Program-made: the position numbers and the translations under genes | Shown: in pieces, positions 30,160 through 39,356 of the stretch | Layout: each line of letters starts with the position of its first letter | Position numbering within the stretch: the first letter of the stretch is position 1 | The notes under the pieces: model-generated | Seen by the model: the letters and a program-made list of their open reading frames with translations, nothing else | What the model was told of the DNA's origin: nothing | Database searches by the model: none | Source: Pseudomonadota bacterium | GTDB lineage: Bacteria; UBA10199; 2-02-FULL-44-16; DYJF01 | Reading direction: 5' to 3' | Length of the DNA: 64,000 bases | NCBI GenBank assembly: GCA_043823065.1 | Contig: JBDRBB010000010.1 | Location: 32,001-96,000 of the forward strand

Positions 30160-31157
30160 ATCAGAGTCCAATAGGCCATGCGTAAAGCGTCTTTAATTGA
30201 TTCAGTTGTCTTTAAGGCAACTGTGGCTTCAAAACCACAGTGCACCATACAATATTGGCAACGCTTATCTTGACCAGGTCCAAACTTATCCCAATTTACC
30301 TTATTCATAAAGTCTTGGTAATTGGCATAATGTTCATTAGTAATCAAATAGCAAGGAGCTTTCCAACCCTTGATGTTATAAGTAACATTTCCCCAGGGTG
30401 TGCAGGTAAACTTTCGCTTGCCTTGTAAAAAATCTATATAAAGCGGGGTGCTCCAAATCTTTTTGCTGCGACAAACTTCATCCAAATCCTGAAATTTTTT
30501 ATTTATCTCTTGAGTAGTCATAAAGATAGATTGATCAGCAACATCTTCATAACTATAACTTGGGGAAATTAAAATGCCGTGCACGCCCAAGGCTTTTACT
30601 TCCTGAATAAATTTTTTAAGCTCTGAACTTGTTGTTTGCTTATAAACAGTGGTATTGGTGCAGACCGTAAAACCCTTTGCCAAAGCTAATTGAATACCTT
30701 CTACTGCCTTTTGATAAGCACCTTTTTTCTCCACAATTAAATCATGCGTGGAAGCCAGACCATCTAAATGCACATTTATATTAAAAAATGGATGCGGCTT
30801 AAAAAGAGATAATTTATCTTTTAAAACCTGGCCATTGGTGCATAGATAAACAACGCGTTTTTTTACCAGTAAACTTTCCACTAATTCTTTGATTTGAGGA
30901 TAAAGCAGAGGTTCACCACCACACACGGAAACCACAGGTGCCCCACAATCATCAGTTGCTTTTAGACAATCTTTTAGGCTGACCATCTTGGACATGCTAT
31001 CTTGATATTCCCGAATTCTACCACATCCGGAACAAGTAAGATTGCAAGCATGCAAAGGCTCCAGCATTAATACCAGAGGAAAACGTTTATTTCCCTTTTT
31101 CTTCTGAGCTGAAACATAACGAGCAATTGAAATAGTCTGACGCAATGGAAAACGCAT
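30156..31157 (-). CDS. hpnH: Adenosyl-hopene transferase (radical SAM)
   Basis: FPLVLMLEPLHACNLTCSGCG, CTPWG, CMVHCGFE. Confidence 0.92.
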   Translation of the reverse strand: MRFPLRQTISIARYVSAQKKKGNKRFPLVLMLEPLHACNLTCSGCGRIREYQDSMSKMVSLKDCLKATDDCGAPVVSVCGGEPLLYPQIKELVESLLVKKRVVYLCTNGQVLKDKLSLFKPHPFFNINVHLDGLASTHDLIVEKKGAYQKAVEGIQLALAKGFTVCTNTTVYKQTTSSELKKFIQEVKALGVHGILISPSYSYEDVADQSIFMTTQEINKKFQDLDEVCRSKKIWSTPLYIDFLQGKRKFTCTPWGNVTYNIKGWKAPCYLITNEHYANYQDFMNKVNWDKFGPGQDKRCQYCMVHCGFEATVALKTTESIKDALRMAYWTLI

Positions 31158-31242
31158 AGATCTCCTAGCTAACATGGTTGCCAAAGAAAGGCAAGCAAGC
31201 CAATTACTTGCCTTTCTCAAAGAGCATGCTACAATCATGCTT

Positions 31243-31608
31243 ATGAAGAAACTGCAACTATTTGTTTGGCTAGTAACAGCGCTTTTGGTGGCAGGCTCCT
31301 TATTTTTTAGATCTCAATTAGTGACATTTTCTCTTGGCGCTGGCTGCCTGCTGGTAATTACTAGCTTTTATGCTATTTATTTAACTACTCATCTTTTTTA
31401 TTCTTCCAAAACATCAACAAAAATTTTAGCTGGCTTAATTTCAATCTTTAAATTTGCCATACTGGGTTTGCTACTCTGGTTGATCATCACTAAAATACCC
31501 CTAAATCTGTGGGCATTTTTAATTGGCTTGGCTACAATCTTTTTTGCTATTTTAATCTATGCCATATACAATCTTTGTTTAGGGCAAACCCAAAATGCAC
31601 ACCTTTGA
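31243..31608 (+). CDS. atpI: ATP synthase protein I
   Basis: Four-TM protein directly upstream of atpB; start may be 31237 or 31243. Confidence 0.7.
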   Translation: MKKLQLFVWLVTALLVAGSLFFRSQLVTFSLGAGCLLVITSFYAIYLTTHLFYSSKTSTKILAGLISIFKFAILGLLLWLIITKIPLNLWAFLIGLATIFFAILIYAIYNLCLGQTQNAHL

Positions 31609-32311
31609 ACTTTTACCTTGGATAGCTGAAAAGCTTTCCCTTCCTTTTAAGATTGATCACAGCAATGTGCACATTGCCACTTCTTTGCTAATTGCTTTTT
31701 TCTTAATTATTAGTTCCTTGCTGGTTTACCGCAAACTTCGACATACTGATCAGCTAGTTATTCCTTCTAATAAATTATCAATTTCTACCATATATGAAAT
31801 AACTGTAGGAGCCTTGCTCCATATGATGGAAAACATCATGGGCCAAAGGGCTATTAAATACTTTCCTTTAATTGGTTCTTTATTTGTCTATATTTTAATT
31901 TGTAACCTAATCGGCATTATTCCTGGCATGGTGCCACCTACCAGCAATATCAACACAAATCTGGGTTGTGCAATTTGCGTGTTTGTTTATTATAATTATG
32001 TAGGTATCAGAGAATTAGGATTCATTAAATATTTGCAGCATCTGGCTGGCCCAGTAATCTGGTTGGCTCCTTTAATGCTAACCATTGAAATCATTAGCCA
32101 CATAGTGCGGCCTATTTCACTTTCTGTGCGTTTATTTGGGAATATGGTTGGTGATCATTTGGTGGTGGAAATTTTTTCCGGTTTGATTCCTTTGTTTGTG
32201 CCAATTTTTTTTCTATTATTGGCGATTTTTGTGGCATTTATTCAGGCTTTTGTGTTTAGTTTATTATCGTGTGTATATATAGCCCTGGCTACTGAACCAG
32301 GAGAACATTGA
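31595..32311 (+). CDS. atpB: ATP synthase Fo subunit a
   Basis: PPTSNIN, RPISLSVRLFGN, IQAFVF. Confidence 0.95.
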   Translation: MHTFELLPWIAEKLSLPFKIDHSNVHIATSLLIAFFLIISSLLVYRKLRHTDQLVIPSNKLSISTIYEITVGALLHMMENIMGQRAIKYFPLIGSLFVYILICNLIGIIPGMVPPTSNINTNLGCAICVFVYYNYVGIRELGFIKYLQHLAGPVIWLAPLMLTIEIISHIVRPISLSVRLFGNMVGDHLVVEIFSGLIPLFVPIFFLLLAIFVAFIQAFVFSLLSCVYIALATEPGEH

Positions 32312-32329
32312 AAAATTAAGGGGGAAAAT

Positions 32330-32662
32330 ATGATAAAAAAAGTAGTCTACTTTTGGTCATTTTTTATAACTGCGCTATTTGCAAATTCCGCATCAGCTCA
32401 AACTTATGCCGCGCAAACCTTTAGCGGCAAAAGCACGGTAAGCACTGCCCTGGCAATTAGCGCTGGAATTGGTATTGCTATTGCAGCTTTTGGCGGCGCA
32501 CTTAGCCAAGCCAGAGTGGCTTCTGCTGCTCTAGAAGGCATTGCCCGCAATCCAGAAGCTGCCAATAAGATTCAAACACCCATGATCATTGCCTTGGCGC
32601 TGATTGAATCTTTAGTAATTTACGTATTAGTTATTGCATTTTTATTGCAAGGTAAGATATAG
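32330..32662 (+). CDS. atpE: ATP synthase Fo subunit c with N-terminal signal-like extension
   Basis: IARNPEA loop, LIESLVIY. Confidence 0.95.
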   Translation: MIKKVVYFWSFFITALFANSASAQTYAAQTFSGKSTVSTALAISAGIGIAIAAFGGALSQARVASAALEGIARNPEAANKIQTPMIIALALIESLVIYVLVIAFLLQGKI

Positions 32663-32721
32663 AGGCCTTCGTTCATTTATTAGCAAAGCACGATGTACGA
32701 AAGACGATGTACGGTTCTTAA

Positions 32722-32798
32722 GCGCCCGTAGCTCAGCGGATTAGAGTATCTGGCTACGAACCAGAGGGTCGGAGGTTCGAATCCTCCCGGGCGCGCCA
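32722..32798 (+). tRNA. tRNA-Arg(ACG)
   Basis: Full cloverleaf; anticodon arm tctgg-ctACGaa-ccaga; GGTTCGAATCC; CCA end. Confidence 0.97.
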
Positions 32799-32833
32799 AT
32801 AAAAAAGACGACTATCGTGTCGTCTTTTTTATT
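32798..32833 (+). terminator. Terminator after the tRNA
   Basis: aataaaaaagacgac-tatcgt-gtcgtcttttttatt. Confidence 0.8.
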
Positions 32834-32841
32834 GAAGCCTT

Positions 32842-33010
32842 GGAGAGGATTCGAACCTACGTTGCACCGTGTAGAGGTTCGGCGAACTTATAAATAACCA
32901 ACATCCTTATGAGCCATTTGCCGCCAGGCAAATAATCCTCCCGGGCACGCTCAACATATGAGACAAAAGTTGTGAAGCTTTTATTTTTATGCTCGCCGAA
33001 TCCTCCCTAC
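32842..33010. repeat. tRNA-linked repeats (inverted T-arm copy and direct copies of the tRNA 3' end)
   Basis: gagaggattcgaacct (32843-32858), aatcctcccgggcacgc (32934-32950), gaatcctccc (about 32998-33007). Confidence 0.7.
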
Positions 33011-33139
33011 GTCTTTAGCCCAATATTTCATACTACGAAGTTTATTTCTTAGGCTTTATGTCCACCCACAGTGGACAATTAACAGAATTTATAAACCCAC
33101 CGTTGATTTGATGGTAAAAAAAAATATAGTTATATTAAA

Positions 33140-33430
33140 TCACTCTGCCTCTTGGGCATAATCAACTACAATGTTTATTATTTCCTGAACTTTTTTATTA
33201 CATTTTTTAAAATAAACCTTATCTAAGACTTCAGCCCCTCTTTTTCTAATTAAATCGCTAATTAAGGCATGAACAAATGATTGAGTTGTTGCTTCAATTC
33301 CCTCAAAGTTGAGAGCAATCTCTTGGTTGCTATCTAGGGCTGGAATAATTTGAGTTAAACGGATATCTTTGGCTTTATCTTTATTTTCTGCAAAATCACC
33401 AACATGTAAAAATAATTTTATTTCGATCAT
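33140..33430 (-). CDS. STAS-like (DUF4325-type) protein
   Basis: IALNFEGIEATTQSFVHALI. Confidence 0.75.
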   Translation of the reverse strand: MIEIKLFLHVGDFAENKDKAKDIRLTQIIPALDSNQEIALNFEGIEATTQSFVHALISDLIRKRGAEVLDKVYFKKCNKKVQEIINIVVDYAQEAE

Positions 33431-34392
33431 ATAAATTTTGGTCTCTTATATTTCTTGGTTTTTTGTTCAGAAATAGCTTTGCTATATGTTTTTCTCAAAG
33501 ACTCTAACAATTCTAAGAAAGTTTGTTTCTGCTCTAAAGAAATATCAATCCCCACAGCAGCTCCTTGCCAATAAGGAAAATCACTATTTTTTGAATGGCT
33601 ATCTTTAAATGGATCTATATTGAGATTTACTCGACTAGAAGTCGCTTTACTTTTCAGCAGTTTATACATGGCATTACCACTATAAATCATAAAAAAATCT
33701 CTACTGACTTTTGCTATAGATTTTATAAAAAATAGTCCAGCACCGGCATTAAATTCTGTTCCTCCTATTTTGTTTGTTGTACCTGTGATACCAGGAGTTA
33801 AAGCCAGTTTTATTGCTTCTAAATCTGAGGTTGTTCTATAAGACATGTTAATTGATTCTTTAATCCCAACTCCTGTATCTACGATACCAATGCGGATAGT
33901 ATTACTTTTTTGATAAAATTGAGCGCAAACAATCGCACCTTTATTTGAACAAGAATGCTCAAGTACATTTCTCACTAGTTCACTAATTATATATTTTATT
34001 GGTTCTGCTTGATTAGGCTGAAGATGCAACAAAGGAACAATATCTACTATAAAACGTGAAAGCTCTTCTGAGTTGGCTATTTTTGATAAGGGAATAAACC
34101 TTCCTGCTGGTTCATGTTCAATAATATTAATGTTTGATTTTAAACCAAGCAATTTAAACAACCCAATTCTTTCTAGATAATGTTTTGATTTTGCCTCTAG
34201 TTCTTCAAAATGAATATTTTCAGGTTTAACGGTAAGCCCCAAAGCTGCCACCATGGCTAAGACAATAGGATGAAGTGATATCCATTTTTTATTAGCTGTA
34301 ATTTCCAAAATATCAGGATTGCTTGCATCAAATGAACGCAACAATGGATCAATATTTCCTAAAAAAGCACTATTTGGTAAATGAATTTTCAT
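33427..34392 (-). CDS. GHKL/HATPase (anti-sigma kinase-like) ATP-binding protein
   Basis: ELVRNVLEHS N-box, DTGVGI G1-box, NAGAGL G2-box. Confidence 0.8.
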   Translation of the reverse strand: MKIHLPNSAFLGNIDPLLRSFDASNPDILEITANKKWISLHPIVLAMVAALGLTVKPENIHFEELEAKSKHYLERIGLFKLLGLKSNINIIEHEPAGRFIPLSKIANSEELSRFIVDIVPLLHLQPNQAEPIKYIISELVRNVLEHSCSNKGAIVCAQFYQKSNTIRIGIVDTGVGIKESINMSYRTTSDLEAIKLALTPGITGTTNKIGGTEFNAGAGLFFIKSIAKVSRDFFMIYSGNAMYKLLKSKATSSRVNLNIDPFKDSHSKNSDFPYWQGAAVGIDISLEQKQTFLELLESLRKTYSKAISEQKTKKYKRPKFI

Positions 34393-34409
34393 AACAATCC
34401 TATTTTTAT

Positions 34410-34551
34410 ACCGGGATTCCCGGTGTTAGATTTTAGGACCGGGAATCCCGGTAAATTTATAATTAATTTATGATATTTTCAAGCTAAAAATCCAAAAAAG
34501 TAAAATTTTACCGGGAATCACGGGATTAAATTTTGACCCCCAATTCCAGGT
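34410..34551. promoter_or_regulatory. Four copies of palindrome ACCGGGA(A/T)TCCCGGT in two pairs
   Basis: 34410-34424 and 34438-34452 perfect; 34510-34524 and 34537-34551 degenerate. Confidence 0.65.
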
Positions 34552-34764
34552 AAAAATTCACATTATATTCGCTATAAGGCACATTTCAGTTATCAATTTT
34601 TTTAACCAATTTTATCTCCCAATTTGAGGTGTAAACACCTCAGACTTATCAACCTACATATTATCCGACGGCTGCGTTCAAATATTATATTACTTAATTT
34701 ATTTAGTAATATCAAATAGTTAAATATTTTTTAATATTGTTTTAGATTTCATTTTATTTAAAAT

Positions 34765-34780
34765 TGTTTCACATGAAACA
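34765..34780. promoter_or_regulatory. parS site
   Basis: TGTTTCACATGAAACA, one mismatch to consensus. Confidence 0.85.
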
Positions 34781-34834
34781 ATTTCACCATATGAAACTAG
34801 CTTCTCAATTGGAGGCAGCTCTCGGCCAAAGGTT

Positions 34835-34906
34835 TGTCATCCCCACAAAAGTGTGGATCTGGTCAGTTATATCAGTTTAGATTCCCGCCTTCGCGGGAAT
34901 GACAAG
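34835..34906. repeat. REP-like palindromic element
   Basis: tgtcatcccc...gattcccgccttcgcgggaatgaca. Confidence 0.65.
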
Positions 34907-34992
34907 ACAGATAACTCCTTTTGGCGACTGACTCATATTGGATAATTGATTATTGTTTTTACCTTGTTTCTTGGTTATTGGAATTTTCAAAT

Positions 34993-35008
34993 TGTTTCAC
35001 GTGAAACA
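34993..35008. promoter_or_regulatory. parS site
   Basis: Perfect TGTTTCACGTGAAACA. Confidence 0.93.
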
Positions 35009-35181
35009 ATTTTTGATCTTGCAATTATTGCATCCACCAAATATATCCTAAAACACGATTCGAAATTTTGAAACCAATTAGCGTGGAAATGTAGTATCAG
35101 CAGGTGTCTCGCTGGTGAGTGTATCTATGCTTATGATACCTTGCTTGCCGAAAGCCAACAGGTTTCATATGAAGGGAGAAA

Positions 35182-35955
35182 ATGGCTGAAATCATTGCAT
35201 TTTGTAATCAAAAAGGTGGTGTTGGCAAAACCACTACTGCCATAAATGTTGCAGCTTGTATGGCAGCAGCTGAACAACGCACCCTTTTAGTTGACCTAGA
35301 TCCTCAAGGCAATAGCACAACTGGTTTTGGTTTTAATAAATATAATATAGAACGTTCTGTATATCATGCTTTTACCTCTGATCAGGAGATAAGAGATCTT
35401 TTAATTGAAACTCAAATGCCTTTTTTAAAAATTCTTCCTTCTAATACTGAACTGGTAGGAGCTGATATTGAATTAGTGGACTATGTTTCACGTGAAACAA
35501 TTTTAAAAACTAAGCTTTCTGCAATCCAGGATGAATTTGATTTTATTCTAATTGATTGCCCACCTTCATTAAACTTACTCACTATCAATGCCTTATCTGC
35601 TGCAAATTCTGTAATAATTCCAGTACAATGCGAATATTATGCTATGGAAGGTTTGGCAGATTTACAAAGAACCATTGGTTTTGTCCAGGAAAGGGTAAAT
35701 CCTGAACTTAAAATCAGCGGTATTGTTTTAACCATGTTTGACAGCAGAAATAATATGGCCCATCAAGTTTCTCAAGAAATAAATAATCATTTCAACGAGT
35801 TGGTATTTAAAACCATAATTCCTAGAAATATTCGTTTAAGTGAAGCACCCAGCCATGGCAAACCTATTCTGTTATACGACGTTAGTTCCAAAGGTTCTGT
35901 CAGCTATTTTGATCTAACTGATGAGATTTTATCCAGATATAATAAAACAACTTAA
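35182..35955 (+). CDS. parA: Chromosome partitioning ATPase
   Basis: NQKGGVGKTTT, DLDPQGN, DCPPS, PVQCEYYA. Confidence 0.97.
   Translation: MAEIIAFCNQKGGVGKTTTAINVAACMAAAEQRTLLVDLDPQGNSTTGFGFNKYNIERSVYHAFTSDQEIRDLLIETQMPFLKILPSNTELVGADIELVDYVSRETILKTKLSAIQDEFDFILIDCPPSLNLLTINALSAANSVIIPVQCEYYAMEGLADLQRTIGFVQERVNPELKISGIVLTMFDSRNNMAHQVSQEINNHFNELVFKTIIPRNIRLSEAPSHGKPILLYDVSSKGSVSYFDLTDEILSRYNKTT
35484..35499. promoter_or_regulatory. parS site inside parA
   Basis: Perfect TGTTTCACGTGAAACA encoding YVSRET. Confidence 0.9.
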
Positions 35956-35967
35956 TAGGGAGGATTA

Positions 35968-36840
35968 ATGTTAAATAAAAGAGGTCTAGGTAGGGGATTT
36001 GAATCATTGTTACCTCCAGCTCAAACAGCTCCAAATAATGCTTCTGAAAATACCAACCCCTTGCAAACTGTTCCAATTGAAAACATTGTGCCCAATCGCT
36101 TACAACCACGTACAATTTTTGATGATGACAAAATTCGGGAACTAGCTAACTCCATTAAAGAAGATGGTATCCTACAACCATTAATAGTTTCTCCTCCCAC
36201 AAATGGTCGCTATGAATTGATCGCTGGTGAACGTCGGCTGCGGGCTTCCCGTCTGGCTGGCTTAGCTGAAGTTCCAGTTGTTATAAAAGATGTTGATCAA
36301 ACAACAACTCTGGTTCTTTCGTTAATTGAAAATATTCAGCGCCAAGATTTAAATCCAATTGAAGAAGCAGTTTCCTATAATGAACTAATTGAAAACTTTA
36401 ATCTCACTCAAGATGAAGTGGCTAAACGCATTGGCAAAAGCAGGGTGGCGGTTGCTAATACACTTAGACTACTCAACCTCCCGCAAACTATTAAAGATGA
36501 TGTATCTGCTGGTCGCTATTCTCCAGGACACGCCAGAGCACTACTAGCAGCCAACGGGGTACAAGAACAACTTAAATTGCGAGAATGGATCATTAAACAC
36601 ACGCCAACCGTCCGCAATGTTGAAGAACGAATCAACATTGCCAAACAAACCAGCAACACTGCCCAGAACAAGACAAATTCTGTATCACCTCAAATCAATA
36701 CTGTTTTGGAAAAAATGCGCCAAACTCTGGGCACCAAGGTTAAAATTTCCACTAATCGCAAGGGCGGCGGCAAAATAACTATTGATTATTACTCCTGGCA
36801 AGAGCTAGATAACATATACCGACGGGTGACAGGTGGTTGA
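35968..36840 (+). CDS. parB: Chromosome partitioning protein ParB
   Basis: GLGRG, QPR..F, IAGERRLRA, ENIQRQDLNPIEEA, HTH. Confidence 0.97.
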   Translation: MLNKRGLGRGFESLLPPAQTAPNNASENTNPLQTVPIENIVPNRLQPRTIFDDDKIRELANSIKEDGILQPLIVSPPTNGRYELIAGERRLRASRLAGLAEVPVVIKDVDQTTTLVLSLIENIQRQDLNPIEEAVSYNELIENFNLTQDEVAKRIGKSRVAVANTLRLLNLPQTIKDDVSAGRYSPGHARALLAANGVQEQLKLREWIIKHTPTVRNVEERINIAKQTSNTAQNKTNSVSPQINTVLEKMRQTLGTKVKISTNRKGGGKITIDYYSWQELDNIYRRVTGG

Positions 36841-36888
36841 GTTATTTAATATAAAATTTATTAACAATTTACTTTTAAGGGGGTTTTT

Positions 36889-37332
36889 ATGGCAAAAGAA
36901 AAATTTTTTTCAAAAGATGCTGACCAAATAAACGGTCTATTTGACAAAGGTTGCAGCTTTGAAGGTAAGCTTACCTTTGACGGCACAGTACAGATAAACG
37001 GCGATTTTCAAGGCGATATTTTATCTGATGGCACATTAATTGTTGGCACTGATGCTACTGTGCGCGCGAAGATTCAGGTAAATAATTTAATTGTGGAAGG
37101 TAAAGTGGAGGGTATCGTTGAGGCAAAAAACAAAGTTGAGATACATTCTCATGCTCAATTTATCGGCGATATAATTACTCCTGGTTTAGTTGTTGAAGAA
37201 GGTGGCATCTTGCACGGTGGCTGTCAAATGCAGGCTACTGGAAAAATGACTCATGTCACAGACATCACCATGAAACCAAAAGGCAAAAAAGAAGATTACA
37301 TGGCTGAAGCTGCCAATGACAAGCTTATCTAA
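36889..37332 (+). CDS. Bactofilin (polymer-forming cytoskeletal protein)
   Basis: FEGKLTFDGTVQING.F.G.I beta-helix repeats. Confidence 0.9.
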   Translation: MAKEKFFSKDADQINGLFDKGCSFEGKLTFDGTVQINGDFQGDILSDGTLIVGTDATVRAKIQVNNLIVEGKVEGIVEAKNKVEIHSHAQFIGDIITPGLVVEEGGILHGGCQMQATGKMTHVTDITMKPKGKKEDYMAEAANDKLI

Positions 37333-37345
37333 AAGGTAATTTTTC

Positions 37346-38650
37346 ATGGGGGAAAACCTGGTTTTAGAAGCTACGCGCCTGGTAGCTCAATTATCCATCA
37401 TCCTAATTGCAGCTAAATTAGGCGCTGAGTTATGTGTACGTTTTTTAAAACAACCAGCAGTACTTGGAGAATTATTAGCCGGTGTTTTTTTAAGCCCTTT
37501 TTTATTTGGCCGCGCCATTCCTTTTTTAGAAGGACAAAAACTTTTCCCCTTGTCAGCAGACCCAACTAACATCCCTATTTCCACAACATTATTTGCTATT
37601 GCTCAAATTGGCGCTGTGGTTTTGCTGTTTGTTGCAGGTTTAGAAACTAATTTAAAACAATTTTTAAAATACGCGTGGGCAGCAATATTAATCGCTATTG
37701 GAGGTATTGTCCTGCCATTTTTTTTAGGCGCTTACATAACCGTACTATTTGGTCTTGCCAATCACCTACATGATGCCACTGCCTTGTTTGTTGGTTCAAT
37801 ACTCACTGCCACTTCCGTTGGCATAACAGCCAGAGTTTTAGATGATCTTAAAAAATTAGATTCTCCAGAAGGAGTTACCATATTGGGAGCAGCCATTGTT
37901 GATGATGTCTTAGGCATTCTAGTGCTCTCAATTGTGATTGCTGTTAGCTATTCACAAGCCAAAGGAGGTCATATTGATCTTCCAGAAATCGGCATCATTG
38001 GTCTAAGGGCAATTGGCTTTTGGATTGGTTTAATAGTAGTGGGAGTTATTGCAGCTCCTCATTTAGAACGTCTTATTCTGCGCTTTAAGACCCGTGGTTC
38101 TAAAATTCCTCTAGCCTTAGCAATCTGTTTTATTGCCAGTTTTTTAGCAGAAGGCGCTGGCTTGGCTATGATTATTGGAGCTTATGCTATTGGTCTAGCC
38201 TTATCTTCACGGCCAATTGCTAAAGAATTAATAGAATCAATTCAGCCGCTTTTTCACTTTCTAGTACCTATCTTTTTTGTGGTTACTGGTATGATGGTAA
38301 ATCTTTTAGATGTTGGCAGCCTTCCTTTGTTTGCCTTGGTCTTAACAATAGCAGCCATTGCTAGTAAATGGCTGGGTTGTTTTCTTCCAGCTTGGGGCTG
38401 CGGCTTTAGCAAACTAGGGGCATCCAGAATTGGTGTTGGCATGATTCCAAGGGGAGAAATTGCCTTAATCATTGCCCAAGTTGGTATAGCCAAAGGTTTA
38501 ATTGATACGAGCATTTATGGCACTGCCATAATTATTGCTTTAGCCACAACTTTAGTAGCCCCAATTTGGATGGCTTCAATTTTTAAAAATAACGATTCCG
38601 GCCTAAGGAGAAAGCATGAAAAACAATTACCGCGTCCTATTTCCACCTAA
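37346..38650 (+). CDS. Cation:proton antiporter (CPA2, NapA-like)
   Basis: QPAVLGELLAG, ATSVGIT, AAIVDDV, GMIPRGE. Confidence 0.92.
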   Translation: MGENLVLEATRLVAQLSIILIAAKLGAELCVRFLKQPAVLGELLAGVFLSPFLFGRAIPFLEGQKLFPLSADPTNIPISTTLFAIAQIGAVVLLFVAGLETNLKQFLKYAWAAILIAIGGIVLPFFLGAYITVLFGLANHLHDATALFVGSILTATSVGITARVLDDLKKLDSPEGVTILGAAIVDDVLGILVLSIVIAVSYSQAKGGHIDLPEIGIIGLRAIGFWIGLIVVGVIAAPHLERLILRFKTRGSKIPLALAICFIASFLAEGAGLAMIIGAYAIGLALSSRPIAKELIESIQPLFHFLVPIFFVVTGMMVNLLDVGSLPLFALVLTIAAIASKWLGCFLPAWGCGFSKLGASRIGVGMIPRGEIALIIAQVGIAKGLIDTSIYGTAIIIALATTLVAPIWMASIFKNNDSGLRRKHEKQLPRPIST

Positions 38651-38933
38651 TGATGCTTCATTTTCATTTATGAATTTTTTAGAATCTATTCTTTTAAGCA
38701 AAGGCTTTGAGCGTAAACTATCTCACCAAGATCCTGGCAGTCTTGATGTTTATCAATTTGAAGATAAGCAAGGACATATCATTTCTTTTATTAGAGATGC
38801 CCAGGAAAATGATAAAGATGAATTAAAAATTTCTTCCAACTGGAAAGAAATCTATAATATCGTTGATAAGGCAGCTGAAGAGTTTGGAAAATACGTTGCA
38901 AAAACCATTAAAGATGGGAAAATTAAGCAATGA
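38616..38933 (+). CDS. Hypothetical protein
   Basis: 105 aa; AGGAGA SD; overlaps both neighbours. Confidence 0.55.
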   Translation: MKNNYRVLFPPNDASFSFMNFLESILLSKGFERKLSHQDPGSLDVYQFEDKQGHIISFIRDAQENDKDELKISSNWKEIYNIVDKAAEEFGKYVAKTIKDGKIKQ

Positions 38934-39352
38934 TTACCCCCCTTCCTGACTATACCTTTCTTTGGCAGCTTTTAATTTTTCTTTTGGTCACATTTTCTTT
39001 AACCTATTTTGTTTTCAAACCAGCTTTAAAAATTATCGAGAAAAGGAGACAACTTACTTTGCACAAGCAACAAGAATCTAAAAATATCCAGATTGAAGCA
39101 GATATTCTTATTAAAAAATATGAGGACCGCCTAGAAGAAATGCGCCAAGAAGGTAGTTATATTCAGCAAGAACTAATTCGCCAAGGTGAAGAAGTGGGCA
39201 AAGATATTATCAGAAGAGCTAAAGAAAAAAACAAAGAAGTTATTTCAAAAAAAATGGACGAAATTGCCAAAATTAAGCTGCAAATATTTCAAGAAATGGA
39301 AACAAAGTCTGATGAGATTTCTCAACAAATAATTTCAAAAGTTATTGGCTAA
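38930..39352 (+). CDS. ATP synthase Fo subunit b'
   Basis: PDYTFLWQLLIFL...FKP....EKR followed by coiled coil. Confidence 0.85.
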   Translation: MITPLPDYTFLWQLLIFLLVTFSLTYFVFKPALKIIEKRRQLTLHKQQESKNIQIEADILIKKYEDRLEEMRQEGSYIQQELIRQGEEVGKDIIRRAKEKNKEVISKKMDEIAKIKLQIFQEMETKSDEISQQIISKVIG

Positions 39353-39356
39353 ACTA

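Noticed and set aside
32842..32950. Second tRNA gene
   Set aside because: Only T-arm and acceptor fragments; no D-arm or anticodon arm.
34410..34551. CRISPR array
   Set aside because: Repeats are only 15 bp with irregular 13/57/12-nt gaps; no cas genes.
34560..34800. oriC candidate (AT-rich region near parS)
   Set aside because: No convincing TTATCCACA DnaA-box cluster and no dnaA in the window.
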